Source of the DNA: Candidatus Wolfebacteria bacterium GW2011_GWA1_44_24
GTDB taxonomy: Bacteria; Patescibacteriota; Minisyncoccia; UBA6257; UBA9933
Length of the DNA stretch: 64,000 bases
Direction of reading: 5' to 3'
Assembly: GCA_001001115.1 (NCBI GenBank)
Contig: LCIO01000001.1
Span: forward strand, 71,501-135,500
Positions within the stretch are counted from its first letter, which is position 1, and every line of letters begins with the position of its first letter. This document shows, piece by piece, positions 50,650 to 61,006 of the stretch. The notes below the pieces were generated by a model that did no database searches, was not told the origin of the DNA, and saw only the letters and a list, made by a program, of their open reading frames with translations. The position numbers and the translations under genes are program-made.

Positions 50650-51936
50650 ATGACTCTTAAAACTCGCCGTTTTTTATTTGTGGGGTTTTTTATTATATTT
50701 GTGCCGATTTCTTTCGGCGTCATTTTTTATTCGGCCGGCTGGCGATTTGATTTCAAAACTTTTTCTTTGCAAAAAACCGGCGGAATCTATATCGAAACCA
50801 AACCAAAAGACGTAATGATAAAATTGGACGGAAAAATAATTCCGAACGATTCCGGTTTGATTAGAAGAGGCACCCTGATTTCCAATCTTTTCCCTCAAAA
50901 ATACGAAATAAAAATAGAAAAAAACGGCTATCTTCCCTATTACAAAAATCTTAAAGTCGAACCGTCTCTGGTGTCTGAAATCATCGACACGATTTTAATA
51001 CCGGAGAAAATTGAAAAGAAAATAGTAATCAGCCAAAAGCTGCGAGGCGATGAAATTTCCGATTTTTCTGACAACGTCAAGCAAATAATCGTAAAAAATT
51101 CAAAAAATTATTTTCTCAGCGATTTTAAAGACCGATCTTCCGTTTTTAATGTCAGCGCGGCCATTAACAATCTGCGCGGGAAAACCGAAATCAAAAAAAT
51201 CTCTTTTCACCCCTTTAATCAGCAAAATTTAATTATCGAGGAAAGCAACGGGCTTGATATCTTCAATATCGACCAGCCAAAACTTGAATTTATTTTCCGA
51301 AATTCCACCAGCAGCCGATTATCCGCCTGGACCGCGAAAAATTCATATATCTATTATGTTGAAGAAAAAGATGAAGCGAAGAATGAAAAAACCTACGCTT
51401 TGTTTTTCTACAATTTACTGATAAAAACCAGGGGTCAGATTGCGCAGCTGCCGGCTAAGCCAATCTCCAATATTCTCGTTTCCGATTCCGGCGCTCAAAT
51501 CGCTCTCTTAAATAATTCGGGCGATTTACATATTTTCAGCGCTGAAAGCCAGAAATTAGAGCAAATCGCCCATAACGCCGAGATTTTTGCTTTTTCGCCG
51601 GACAGCAAAAAAATCGCCTTTGCCGACGCAGACGGCAAATTAAACGTCCATTTTATCGAAGATTGGAACAAAAATATCCGCAAAAAGGCTGGGGAAACAA
51701 TCAACATCAAATATCAAACGTCGAACGCCAAACCGATTAAAAACATCGTCTGGCACAAAGATTCCTTTCATCTCTTCGCCGAACTGGGCGATGAAATTCG
51801 AATTATCGAAATAGATGACCGTCCCCTCCTGAACGAATACTTATTGGTTCAAGAAATCAAAGATTTTTATTATGACTTAAAATCGGATATTGTTTATTTT
51901 ATTCAGAATGAAAATCTTTATTCCTTGGAAATTTAG
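50650..51936 (+). CDS. PEGA-domain membrane protein with a beta-propeller-like C-terminus
   Basis: TM, GWRFD, TGGIYIETKP, IEKNGY, FSPDSKKIAF. Confidence 0.7.
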   Translation: MTLKTRRFLFVGFFIIFVPISFGVIFYSAGWRFDFKTFSLQKTGGIYIETKPKDVMIKLDGKIIPNDSGLIRRGTLISNLFPQKYEIKIEKNGYLPYYKNLKVEPSLVSEIIDTILIPEKIEKKIVISQKLRGDEISDFSDNVKQIIVKNSKNYFLSDFKDRSSVFNVSAAINNLRGKTEIKKISFHPFNQQNLIIEESNGLDIFNIDQPKLEFIFRNSTSSRLSAWTAKNSYIYYVEEKDEAKNEKTYALFFYNLLIKTRGQIAQLPAKPISNILVSDSGAQIALLNNSGDLHIFSAESQKLEQIAHNAEIFAFSPDSKKIAFADADGKLNVHFIEDWNKNIRKKAGETINIKYQTSNAKPIKNIVWHKDSFHLFAELGDEIRIIEIDDRPLLNEYLLVQEIKDFYYDLKSDIVYFIQNENLYSLEI

Positions 51937-52345
51937 AAATAATCAAAAAAATCGAACCGCCGAACAAATCAAAAAATAAATCTTTGACGGTGTCGGTATA
52001 AAAATCTATCGCTTTGTTTTGAAAAGCTAATGAACCGGTTAATCCTCCCTTGGAAACATAAGCGATATAGAAATATTCAAAAAATTCCCAAAAAACGCCG
52101 ATGAAGGCGACAAAAGAAAGAGTAATCAAAATAACGGTTAAGTAATCGGGCAATCGGGTGATTTTTGAATTTAAAATTTCAAATTTAGAATTTAACCAGA
52201 AAAACAGCATTGCCGCCCAGAAACCGCCAAAAAAGTGCATCGGAATGTCAAACCACCAAATTTTCCAATACCAAAAATTAGCCGTGGCCAAGAAATGGAT
52301 AAAAAGAATAAAAATTAAAAAACCGATGAGAATTTTGGAAAACAC
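51899..52345 (-). CDS. Hypothetical membrane protein
   Basis: WWFDIPMHFFGG, WEFFE, DTVKDL. Confidence 0.6.
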   Translation of the reverse strand: MFSKILIGFLIFILFIHFLATANFWYWKIWWFDIPMHFFGGFWAAMLFFWLNSKFEILNSKITRLPDYLTVILITLSFVAFIGVFWEFFEYFYIAYVSKGGLTGSLAFQNKAIDFYTDTVKDLFFDLFGGSIFLIISKFPRNKDFHSE

Positions 52346-52348
52346 AGA

Positions 52349-52798
52349 TTATCGTTTCCTCCATTGATGGCCTCGCCTTGCCTTGTGCCTGCCATATTTT
52401 TTGCGTTCAACCATCCGGCTGTCGCGGGTCAGATATCCGACGCGGCGCAAACGTTTTTTAAAATCCTGATTGAATTTTACTAATGCCCGGGCAATGCCCA
52501 AACGGACAGCTTCGGCCTGAGCCGAAAGCCCGCCGCCTTTTACCCTGACGATAACTCCCAATTTGTCTCCGATTTTCATTTTTTCAATGGGAGCGATAAT
52601 TTCTTTTCGCTGGCTTAAAAGCGGAAAATATTTAGCGGGGTCTTTTTCGTTGACAATAAACCCATTTTTCCTGGTATAAAGCCTGACGCGGGCAATCGCG
52701 GTTTTTCGGCGGCCGACAGCTTCAAAATAATGCTCTTTTTTGGCGGGCGCTGTTTTTTCTTCTTTTGCTATTTTAGTTTTGGAAATTTTTTCTGTCAT
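52349..52798 (-). CDS. rpsI: 30S ribosomal protein S9
   Basis: GRRKTAIARV, GGGLSAQAEA, LTRDSRMVERKK. Confidence 0.96.
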   Translation of the reverse strand: MTEKISKTKIAKEEKTAPAKKEHYFEAVGRRKTAIARVRLYTRKNGFIVNEKDPAKYFPLLSQRKEIIAPIEKMKIGDKLGVIVRVKGGGLSAQAEAVRLGIARALVKFNQDFKKRLRRVGYLTRDSRMVERKKYGRHKARRGHQWRKR

Positions 52799-52801
52799 AA
52801 A

Positions 52802-53143
52802 TTATCCGATAATCAGCCTTTTCATCCTTCTAATCCTTAATTTATTTTCCGGCAGCATTTCTCTGACGACTTTCCGCAAAACTCCGGCTGGGCCTTTTTT
52901 TTCCAAAAACAAACGCAGGCTTTGCTCTTTTAGGTGGCCGATTTGCGTTGTATGCCGGTAATAAATTTTCTGCTCCATTTTTTTTGGGTTAATTTCGAGT
53001 TTATCGATATTTTTTACAATGACTTTGTCTTCCCCTTCCAGCCGCGGTTCGTATTTCGGATTTTTTTTTCCTTGTAAAATCACGGCTATCTCGGAAGCCA
53101 ATCTGCCAAGTTTTTTGTCTGTAGCGTCAATAATGTAATCCAT
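52802..53143 (-). CDS. rplM: 50S ribosomal protein L13
   Basis: IDA..LGRLAS.IA..LQGK, GDKVIV.N, MLP. Confidence 0.95.
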   Translation of the reverse strand: MDYIIDATDKKLGRLASEIAVILQGKKNPKYEPRLEGEDKVIVKNIDKLEINPKKMEQKIYYRHTTQIGHLKEQSLRLFLEKKGPAGVLRKVVREMLPENKLRIRRMKRLIIG

Positions 53144-53146
53144 GTC

Positions 53147-55288
53147 TTATTTTTTACCTTCAATTATCAATTGCGCGACATTTTGGGGCGTTTCTTCGTA
53201 TTTGTCGAATTCCATCGTAAAACTTCCCCTGCCCTGGGTAATTGAACGGATTTTCGTGGCATAACCGAACATTTCAGACAGCGGAACTTTAGCGTCAATC
53301 ACCCTGAGATTGGCGCGTTCGCCCATTCCTTCAATTCTGCCGCGCTTGCTTTGAAGGTCGCCTGTGGCATCGCCCAAAAAATCGGACGGAACAATTATTT
53401 GAATTTTCATTATCGGTTCAAGAATCACCGGTTTGGCGCGCCTAACGGCTTCGCTCAAGGCCATGGCACCGGCGATTTTGAAAGCAATTTCCGAAGAATC
53501 AACTTCATGGAAAGAACCGTCGTAAATTGCTACTTCAAGGTCGACTATAGGATAACCCGCCAGCACGCCGTTGTCCAGCGCTTCTTTTACTCCTTTTCCC
53601 ACCGCCGGAATGAACTCTTGAGGAATAATGCCTCCTCTAATTTCATTGACAAAAACAAATCCCTTGCCTCTTTCCAGATTTTTAACTCTCAGCCACACGT
53701 GGCCGTATTGGCCGCGACCGCCGGATTGTTTGATATATTTTCCTTCGGCTTCGGCTTCACCTCTGATTGTTTCCTTATAAGCCACTTGTGGCCGGCCGAC
53801 ATTGGCTTCAACGCCGAATTCCCGCTTCATTCTGTCAACGATAATTTCCAAATGCAATTCACCCATTCCGGAAATAATCGTTTCACCGGTCTCAAGGTCG
53901 CCGCTAACCCTGAAAGTCGGGTCTTCTTCGGACAATCTCCTTAAAGCCAAACCCATTTTTTCCTGGTCAACCTTGGTTTTCGGCTCGATTCTTATGGAAA
54001 TCACTGGTTCCGGAAAAACAATTTTTTCCAAAATAACGGGGTTTGACGGATCGCAAAGCGTGTCTCCGGTTGAAGTGTTTTTTAATCCGACAGCTGCGCC
54101 GATGTCTCCGGCATACATTTCCTCCACTTCCTCGCGTTTATTGGCGTGCATCCGGACAATTCTGCCGACCCGTTCCTGGTCGTTTTTTATCGAATTCAAA
54201 ATATAACTGCCTTTTTTAAGAACGCCTGAATACACCCTGAAATAAGTCAGATTGCCGACGTACGGGTCGCTGGCGATTTTGAAAGCCAAAGCCGTAAAAG
54301 GTTCGTCGTCTTTGGGCCGGCGGATAATTTCTTCCCCCATTTTTACGCCAATGCCTTTAATGGGTTTGATTTCGGCCAAATCAATGGGCGAAGGCAGATA
54401 GTCAATGACGGCATCAAGCAAAAACTGCGCTCCTTTATTTTTCAGGGCCGAACCGCAAATTACCGGAACAAAACCGTTTTCAATCGTGGCTTTTCGGATA
54501 ATCCTCCTGACTTCTTCTTTGGATATTTCTTTTCCGACTAAATATTTTTCCATAAAACCATCGTCATATTCGGCGATTTTCTCCAACAGTTCATGCCGAG
54601 ATTTTTCCGCTTGCGCTTTCAAATTCTCCGGAATTTCTTTCTCAATAATTTTTTCACCATGTTCGCCCTGAAACTCATATGCTTTCATTTCAATCAAATC
54701 AATGACGCCGTTGAAATCTGCTTCCAATCCGATCGGCAGCTGCAAAGGATAAGCATTCAAAGTCAGCCGTTCGTGAATGGAACGCAAAGAATTTTCAAAA
54801 CTTGCTCCTGTCCGGTCAAGTTTGTTTATTAAACAAATTCTCGGCACCCGGTATTTGTCCGCCTGATGCCAAACTGTTTCGGATTGAGGCTCCACACCTG
54901 CCACACCGTCGAAAACCACCACGCCGCCGTCAAGCACCCTTAAAGACCGTTCAACTTCAACGGTAAAATCAACGTGTCCCGGCGTGTCAATAATGTTAAT
55001 CCGATACTCGTTGTTTTCCCGAACTTTCTGTTTTTCTTTTTCATCGACGATATTTTGCAAAAATCTGGTAATTGTCCAAAAACAGGTGGTGGCGGCCGCC
55101 GTGATGGTGATGCCCCTTTCTCGTTCCTGTTCCATCCAATCCATAATGGCAGCGCCTTCATGAACCTCGCCGATTTTATGGGAAATGCCGGTATAAAAAA
55201 GAATCCGTTCGGAAACGGTTGTCTTACCGGCGTCAATATGGGCAATAATGCCGATATTCCGGTATTTTTCTAAAGGGTACTGACGCAT
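53147..55288 (-). CDS. fusA: Elongation factor G
   Basis: [40 protein letters not shown]. Confidence 0.97.
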   Translation of the reverse strand: MRQYPLEKYRNIGIIAHIDAGKTTVSERILFYTGISHKIGEVHEGAAIMDWMEQERERGITITAAATTCFWTITRFLQNIVDEKEKQKVRENNEYRINIIDTPGHVDFTVEVERSLRVLDGGVVVFDGVAGVEPQSETVWHQADKYRVPRICLINKLDRTGASFENSLRSIHERLTLNAYPLQLPIGLEADFNGVIDLIEMKAYEFQGEHGEKIIEKEIPENLKAQAEKSRHELLEKIAEYDDGFMEKYLVGKEISKEEVRRIIRKATIENGFVPVICGSALKNKGAQFLLDAVIDYLPSPIDLAEIKPIKGIGVKMGEEIIRRPKDDEPFTALAFKIASDPYVGNLTYFRVYSGVLKKGSYILNSIKNDQERVGRIVRMHANKREEVEEMYAGDIGAAVGLKNTSTGDTLCDPSNPVILEKIVFPEPVISIRIEPKTKVDQEKMGLALRRLSEEDPTFRVSGDLETGETIISGMGELHLEIIVDRMKREFGVEANVGRPQVAYKETIRGEAEAEGKYIKQSGGRGQYGHVWLRVKNLERGKGFVFVNEIRGGIIPQEFIPAVGKGVKEALDNGVLAGYPIVDLEVAIYDGSFHEVDSSEIAFKIAGAMALSEAVRRAKPVILEPIMKIQIIVPSDFLGDATGDLQSKRGRIEGMGERANLRVIDAKVPLSEMFGYATKIRSITQGRGSFTMEFDKYEETPQNVAQLIIEGKK

Positions 55289-55291
55289 AAT

Positions 55292-55759
55292 TTACCGGGC
55301 AAAATGCGCGAATGCCCTGTTGGCCTCCGCCATTCGATGAGTGTCTTGTTTTTTCTTGATGGCCGCGCCTTCGTTCTTGGAAGCCAAAATCAATTCTTCG
55401 GCCAGTTTTTTGGCCATTGATTTTCCTTTTTTTGAGCGAGCCGCGTTAATAAGCCAGTGACAAGCCAGAAAAAATTTTCGCTCCGGCCTGACTTCCCGAG
55501 GCACCTGATAATTGGCGCCGCCGACTCTTTTGGAAACGACTTCAATCAAAGGCGAGGCGTTTTCAAGCGCTTTCTCAAAAATTGCCAGCGGCTCGGTTTT
55601 GGTTTCTTTTCTAATGTCATCGAAAGTCCGATACAGCGTTTTTTCGGCCGTTGATTTTTTGCCGTTTTTCATCAAATAATTAATAAACCGGCCAATCGTG
55701 ATGTTGTCGTATTGGACGTCGGGCTCATGCTCTCTTTTGAATTTGCGTTTTTTTCTCAT
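55292..55759 (-). CDS. rpsG: 30S ribosomal protein S7
   Basis: RVGGANYQVP, HRMAEANRAFAH. Confidence 0.97.
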   Translation of the reverse strand: MRKKRKFKREHEPDVQYDNITIGRFINYLMKNGKKSTAEKTLYRTFDDIRKETKTEPLAIFEKALENASPLIEVVSKRVGGANYQVPREVRPERKFFLACHWLINAARSKKGKSMAKKLAEELILASKNEGAAIKKKQDTHRMAEANRAFAHFAR

Positions 55760-55760
55760 A

Positions 55761-56171
55761 TTATTTCGCTCTTTTTACTCCGTATTTGCTCCTTTCCTGT
55801 TTTCTTCCTTCCGTTCCGGTGGTGTCCAAAACTCCGCGGACAATGTGATATCTGACACCCGGCAAATCTTTGACTCTCCCTCCTCTGATGACAACCACCG
55901 AGTGTTCCTGAAGATTGTGCCCGATGCCGGGAATATAAGCCGTCACTTCCATCCCGTTGGAAAGCCTTACTCTCGCCACTTTCCGCAAAGCCGAGTTCGG
56001 TTTTTTGGGAGTAGTCGTAAAAACTTTCAAACAAACTCCCCTTTTAAAAGGCGATTCCGAATATACCGGTTTATTCAAAACAGTATTAAAATAATGGCCC
56101 AGAGCGGGCGATTTTGTTTTCTTTCCGGTTTTTTTTCTTCCCTTTTTAATTAATTGATTAATTGTCGGCAT
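55761..56171 (-). CDS. rpsL: 30S ribosomal protein S12
   Basis: [28 protein letters not shown]. Confidence 0.97.
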   Translation of the reverse strand: MPTINQLIKKGRKKTGKKTKSPALGHYFNTVLNKPVYSESPFKRGVCLKVFTTTPKKPNSALRKVARVRLSNGMEVTAYIPGIGHNLQEHSVVVIRGGRVKDLPGVRYHIVRGVLDTTGTEGRKQERSKYGVKRAK

Positions 56172-56206
56172 ATCAATAAAAAAATGACTCAATGGAGTTA
56201 TTGAGT

Positions 56207-56236
56207 AGAATAGCAAAATAAAATGATTATTGTCAA
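56207..56236 (-). promoter_or_regulatory. Putative rpsL operon promoter
   Basis: TTGACA-N18-TATTCT with a TGn extension. Confidence 0.55.
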
Positions 56237-56334
56237 CTCTATATATAAATTTTTATGCGCAAAATCAATAGATTTTTATTTAAGAATAAAAAAGCGCGGA
56301 TTGCATTAAATGCTAACTCCGCGCTAAGGTGCAC

Positions 56335-57276
56335 TCATGCTATTACAACATCCAATATTTCCAAAACCCGAGAATTGATTTTTTCTGCTCTCTCAAGTTC
56401 TTTAATAAGCTCAAGGGGATGTATTTTTCCTTTTGCTGATTTTGCCAAGCTGCCATCGTTGACAATTAAAGCAAGTTCCTCTAGGGCTCCGACAAACCTT
56501 TGTGTCGTTGTCATCACATGGCTAATTGTTAAATCAGTATGCGATATGTGTTTTTTCCCTCTCGCTCTTTTTATCACTAGACCTCTATCTGCCGCTTCTT
56601 TTCGAAGTATCCTTGAGGCCTCGTTCGGATGGATAGATCTCCCGTCTTTTGTTTTTTCAATAATACTCTGAAGCATTATTTTTTGCCCCCTCAAATCAAA
56701 CGATGACAAAAGTTTAGCTATGCCTTTGCCTATCTTCCTTTGAACTACCATCTCCTGGATCTTTGAGCCCAGCTTTAGATACTTCAACAGGTTTGAAATT
56801 TCAAATGAAGTTTTGCCAATTTCATCGGCAACTTCCCTTTGGTTCCAACCATAGTCATCCATAAGTCTTTTGATTGAAATGGCTTCCTCAATCGGAGACA
56901 TATCTTCGCGGCACAGATTGGCTTTTGTGCTTACAAGAAGAATCTCCTTATCATCCATCGGAGAACATATTTGGCAAGATATTTTTTCTATTCCCGCCAT
57001 TTTTGCGGCTCTCCACCGGCGCTCGCCGTCAACAATCATGGCAAATTTGCCGTTTTTTATCACTACCATTACGGAATATTCGACGTCGCCCCTCCTACGA
57101 TAAGACTTTGCCATGGTTTTTAATCCTTCCTCGTCAAAATATTTTCTCGGTTGACGGGGATTGCCTCTTAAAAAACCAACCGGTAATTTTATAACGCTTC
57201 CTATCTCAACCCTGACCATTCCCTTTTTATCAATCCCGAGTTTGCTTCCCTTCACCTCGATAAAATCCTTGCCCAT
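56335..57276 (-). CDS. ParB/Spo0J-family protein
   Basis: NPRQPRKYF, DGERRWRA, NLCREDMSPIEEA, HTH. Confidence 0.85.
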   Translation of the reverse strand: MGKDFIEVKGSKLGIDKKGMVRVEIGSVIKLPVGFLRGNPRQPRKYFDEEGLKTMAKSYRRRGDVEYSVMVVIKNGKFAMIVDGERRWRAAKMAGIEKISCQICSPMDDKEILLVSTKANLCREDMSPIEEAISIKRLMDDYGWNQREVADEIGKTSFEISNLLKYLKLGSKIQEMVVQRKIGKGIAKLLSSFDLRGQKIMLQSIIEKTKDGRSIHPNEASRILRKEAADRGLVIKRARGKKHISHTDLTISHVMTTTQRFVGALEELALIVNDGSLAKSAKGKIHPLELIKELERAEKINSRVLEILDVVIA

Positions 57277-57383
57277 AAGGCAAACCCTCCTTTTTTAGTT
57301 TTAATTTATTTGGAGTGCTATAAAATAGCCCAAATATGCTGTATATTTTCTAACACCAAATATTAAAAAGGTCAATATTTATT

Positions 57384-58013
57384 TTATAACAACCCGCTTC
57401 CAAGAATTTTATATAATCCGTAAATTATCGGGGAAATAAATCGAAGCCCGAAAAAAATAAAAAATAATAAAATAAAAATTCCGTAGCGTTCCAGCGCCAG
57501 CTGATATTTTCCGGCGCTTTGGGGCAAAAACGCAAAAAGAATTTTTGAACCGTCAAGCGGCGGGACGGGAATCAAATTGAAAACCGCCAACATGATGTTG
57601 ATTAAAACAATGATGTCAAAGAAAATCGCCGGCGCCGGACCGAATGGAAAACCGGCTAAAGCCAAGGATTTGGAAAACAATCCGAAAATTACGGCTATTG
57701 AAAGATTGCTAGCTGGTCCGGCCAAACCGACCAAACCGCCGTCTCTTTTGGGATTTTTCAAATTTAAAGGATTGAACGGCACGGGTTTTGCCCAGCCGAA
57801 TAAAATCGGGCTTCTTAAAATAAAAAGCATTAAAGGCAATAAAAAAGAACCAAAAGCGTCCAGGTGTTTGAGCGGATTCAAACTTAAACGACCGGCGTTT
57901 TTGGCGGTCGGGTCGCCCAAACGATAAGCCATCGCGCCGTGACTGACCTCGTGGATTATCACGGAAAACAACAAAACAATGAGTTGAAAAATTGAAATCA
58001 GAACGCTATTCAT
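57384..58013 (-). CDS. Site-2 protease (M50 family)
   Basis: HEVSHG, GDPT, NPLKH, AGP, FNLIPVPPLDGS. Confidence 0.9.
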   Translation of the reverse strand: MNSVLISIFQLIVLLFSVIIHEVSHGAMAYRLGDPTAKNAGRLSLNPLKHLDAFGSFLLPLMLFILRSPILFGWAKPVPFNPLNLKNPKRDGGLVGLAGPASNLSIAVIFGLFSKSLALAGFPFGPAPAIFFDIIVLINIMLAVFNLIPVPPLDGSKILFAFLPQSAGKYQLALERYGIFILLFFIFFGLRFISPIIYGLYKILGSGLL

Positions 58014-58025
58014 AAATAAATTTTA

Positions 58026-58097
58026 TGCCCCCGGAAAGAATCGAACTCTCATCAATGCCTTAGAAGAGCACTGCTCTATCCATTGAGCTACGGGGGC
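58026..58097 (-). tRNA. tRNA-Arg(TCT)
   Basis: GCCCCCG acceptor, loop CTTCTAA. Confidence 0.9.
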
Positions 58098-58168
58098 GTT
58101 ATTTAATATTTATAAACTATCAAAAAACGCCTTGTAAGTAAAGAAATGGAATGATAATATTCAAAAAT

Positions 58169-58239
58169 CGGGCTGTAGTATACCGGCAGTATACGTGTTT
58201 TGGGAACACGAGGACTGGGTTCAATTCCCAGCAGCCCGA
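58169..58239 (+). tRNA. tRNA-Pro(TGG)
   Basis: CGGGCTG/CAGCCCG acceptor; CGTGT-TTTGGGA-ACACG anticodon arm. Confidence 0.9.
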
Positions 58240-58245
58240 CCGGCA

Positions 58246-59499
58246 TTACATCTCAACATATCCTTTCACGAAATTTTCCCTAAGGACTTCTTCCAATTTT
58301 TCTCTGCCGAAATATTCGATAAAAATCTTATTCCACAAAGATTCCTGATGATGATAAAGATATTTTTCCAGTTCTTTTTCCCGAATCAAAGCCATAATGG
58401 CGTCAACCAAATTAAAACTGATTAAAGCTTCGATGCCTCCGGAAGTTTTGAAATAATCGCCTACCCAATCCAAATCCTGCCAAAAAAGGAAATTGACGTA
58501 AACGTTCTTGAAAATTTTATTAATGCCCGTCAACGCTTCTTCCGCTTTTATCCAATAAAAAGCTTCGGGCGAAATATGGGGTTCAACCAACCGCCAATCG
58601 TTTTCATCGTATCTTGCCAAATATCTCGGAATAATCAGCCAACGCAATTTATCGGTTTCCGGCGGCCGCTTATTGATTACTTCCACCTTAATGACCGAAG
58701 CCAGATTTTTCCCGAAACTCTGCGGTTCTTTGGTAAAATTCTCGAACAATTCGGCGTTGAATTTTACTTCGTAAAAATAATGAAGCGCCAAGGAAAACAT
58801 TCTGGTTACTTCGCCAAGCATCCCCAATTCTATCGGCACCACAAAAATAAATCCCAGTTCCTTCAAATGGGAAATGTTTTGGTATTTCTTTTTGAGAAAT
58901 GTTTGCGCCACGCCGACCCATTTTTGCTCCAAAGACCTCATTTCTATTTTTCTTTTTTCGAAATCAGCCGGAACAAGCGCCAGATATTGCTTGGAGAAAA
59001 TATCGTTAAACCATTTTGAATCTTCAAAAAGCCGGATAGCGGCGTAAATTTCAAAGATATCCTCCCTCTCAATCAATTCTTCGACGCTTTTATATCCCAA
59101 ATAATTGATAATTTTTTGCGGCGGTTCTTTTTTCAAAAATTCAACCGCTTTTTCTTTTTTCAGGAAGAATCCTTCGGTCGGTGAAATCAATTCTTTAACC
59201 TTCATCAAAACCATATCCACGTCTTCTTTCAGCATAAAAGACGGCTTACCCAGCGCTTTAAACAGTTGAAGGTCGTCTTCCCGTATTTTTTCGATTAAAC
59301 CACGATAAATTTCTTCGGCAGGAATGCTAGCGCCCAATTCTTTAAGCTGGAGACGATTTCTTATCAACGTTTCGTTTTCATCAAGAATTTTATCCAAAAC
59401 GCCGATTTTACCGGTCAAAGCCTCGGCTTTTTTAATCAGATTCCCGATCGTTTCTTTGTCGCTTCTTAAAATTTTGGCTATTTTTTCTATTGAAGTCAT
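58246..59499 (-). CDS. Hypothetical protein
   Basis: 417 aa ORF; NISHLKELG, LDWVGDYF. Confidence 0.7.
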   Translation of the reverse strand: MTSIEKIAKILRSDKETIGNLIKKAEALTGKIGVLDKILDENETLIRNRLQLKELGASIPAEEIYRGLIEKIREDDLQLFKALGKPSFMLKEDVDMVLMKVKELISPTEGFFLKKEKAVEFLKKEPPQKIINYLGYKSVEELIEREDIFEIYAAIRLFEDSKWFNDIFSKQYLALVPADFEKRKIEMRSLEQKWVGVAQTFLKKKYQNISHLKELGFIFVVPIELGMLGEVTRMFSLALHYFYEVKFNAELFENFTKEPQSFGKNLASVIKVEVINKRPPETDKLRWLIIPRYLARYDENDWRLVEPHISPEAFYWIKAEEALTGINKIFKNVYVNFLFWQDLDWVGDYFKTSGGIEALISFNLVDAIMALIREKELEKYLYHHQESLWNKIFIEYFGREKLEEVLRENFVKGYVEM

Positions 59500-59515
59500 T
59501 GAAAATATTTGTTGA

Positions 59516-60160
59516 TTAGCGATTATTCACCAACGGCACAAAACTGAATCCAAAATATTCTTTTTTTGAAAATTCATCTTTGCCGGTTTTATCAATTACC
59601 ACGACGCTGTGTCCGACCGGCGCCACGATACGGCCGCCGATTTTCAATTGTTTTTTCCATTCCTGTGGAATTTCTCCGTAAGCCGCCGCTCCGGCAATAA
59701 TTTTATCATAATGGGTGTCTTTCTTATACCCTTTTGAGCCGTCTCCCAGAACAATCAAAACAATTCCTTTTTCCGTATAATTATACTTGGAAACATTTTT
59801 TTCCGCCATATCTTTTAATTCCGGAATTCTTTCGATGCCGATGATTCTTCCACCGGCTGGCGGATCCCCGACAATATGCGCCAAAAGCGCGGCTGTCCAG
59901 CCGGAGCCGACGCCAACATCAAGAATTTTCTCACCTTTTTTCGGTTCCAAAAGTTCCAGCATAAACGCCACGGTCAACGGCTGGGAAATCGTCTGGCCAA
60001 AACCGATGGGAAGAGGCGCGTTGACATAAGCATCTTTTTTGTATTCTTCCAAAACAAAATCAGCCCGGTCTGTCGCCCCGAAAGCCTCGATAATTTCCGG
60101 CGTTTTCAAATAACCGTCTTTAACAAGCGAATTTATAAGGTTTTCGTATTCGAGATTCAT
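59516..60160 (-). CDS. pcm: Protein-L-isoaspartate O-methyltransferase
   Basis: PLPIGFGQTISQP, LDVGVGSGW, GDGSKG, YDKII, FVPL. Confidence 0.93.
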   Translation of the reverse strand: MNLEYENLINSLVKDGYLKTPEIIEAFGATDRADFVLEEYKKDAYVNAPLPIGFGQTISQPLTVAFMLELLEPKKGEKILDVGVGSGWTAALLAHIVGDPPAGGRIIGIERIPELKDMAEKNVSKYNYTEKGIVLIVLGDGSKGYKKDTHYDKIIAGAAAYGEIPQEWKKQLKIGGRIVAPVGHSVVVIDKTGKDEFSKKEYFGFSFVPLVNNR

Positions 60161-60227
60161 TATATTGATTCAATAAACTGATTATGTTATGCTAATTATA
60201 GTAAATAATTAGTTTTATCGCCAATTT

Positions 60228-60476
60228 TTGAACCTTAAAAATGGAGGGGTTGTGGTCAAATTGCCTCGATGCCCGAATTGCAACAAAATTCTTATCTGCG
60301 AATTCAACGAAAAGGAGGTAAAACAGAAAGGAAAAAACATGTATTGCTCTTATTGTAAATATCTTCTGTGGATTCCTATAGACAAAGAACAAGAGCCGAC
60401 ACTAATTGCCGATAACAACTTCACCGAGCGGTATAATAATTTGCGCTCGGACATAAAAAAAGGCTTAGCCCCCTGA
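60228..60476 (+). CDS. Small zinc-ribbon protein
   Basis: CPNC...CSYC; followed by a hairpin terminator. Confidence 0.5.
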   Translation: MNLKNGGVVVKLPRCPNCNKILICEFNEKEVKQKGKNMYCSYCKYLLWIPIDKEQEPTLIADNNFTERYNNLRSDIKKGLAP

Positions 60477-60519
60477 CATTACGTCAGCGGGGTTTTTTAC
60501 GGGTTAATTTAGTTAAAAG

Positions 60520-60591
60520 CGGGCCCACTCCGATTCGAACGGAGAACTTCGGTTTTGGAGACCGACATTTTGCCATTAAAACTATGGACCC
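60520..60591 (-). tRNA. tRNA-Trp(CCA)
   Basis: Anticodon CCA, G73. Confidence 0.9.
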
Positions 60592-60604
60592 GGCAACAAA
60601 GATT

Positions 60605-60772
60605 TTATCTTTTTGCCTCTTTATGAGCGGTGTGTTTCCTGCACCACTTGCAGTGTTTTTTTAATTCCAATTTGCGCTCAAGAGATTTTTTTTTGCGCGT
60701 ATAATAATTCACCCGCTTGCAAACGCCGCATTTTAATTTTATTAAATTTTCGCTGAATTTTGATTTAGCCAT
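60605..60772 (-). CDS. rpmG: 50S ribosomal protein L33 (zinc-binding type)
   Basis: Manual translation MAKSKFSENLIKLKCGVCKRVNYYTRKKKSLERKLELKKHCKWCRKHTAHKEAKR. Confidence 0.93.
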   Translation of the reverse strand: MAKSKFSENLIKLKCGVCKRVNYYTRKKKSLERKLELKKHCKWCRKHTAHKEAKR

Positions 60773-60793
60773 AATTTTAAAATATTATCCGTG

Positions 60794-60865
60794 AGCCGAT
60801 GGGGAGAATTGAACTCCCGACCTACTCCTTACCATGGAGTTGCTCTGCCGCTGAGCTACATCGGC
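60794..60865 (-). tRNA. tRNA-Thr(GGT)
   Basis: GCCGATG/CATCGGC acceptor, anticodon GGT. Confidence 0.92.
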
Positions 60866-60921
60866 TAATAAGCATTGGGCTTTGCCCTCTGCCACTGAGT
60901 TGAGTCATCGGCAATAAACCA

Positions 60922-60993
60922 AGCCGGAGAGAGGAGTTGAACCCCCAACCTTTGCTTTACAAAAGCACTGCTCTGCCATTGAGCTACTCCGGC
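60922..60993 (-). tRNA. tRNA-Thr(TGT)
   Basis: GCCGGAG/CTCCGGC acceptor, anticodon TGT. Confidence 0.92.
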
Positions 60994-61006
60994 AGCGCTT
61001 ACAATA

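Noticed and set aside
60605-60772. Suspected frameshift in rpmG at the A9 run
   Set aside because: Recounting gives an intact 55 aa frame.
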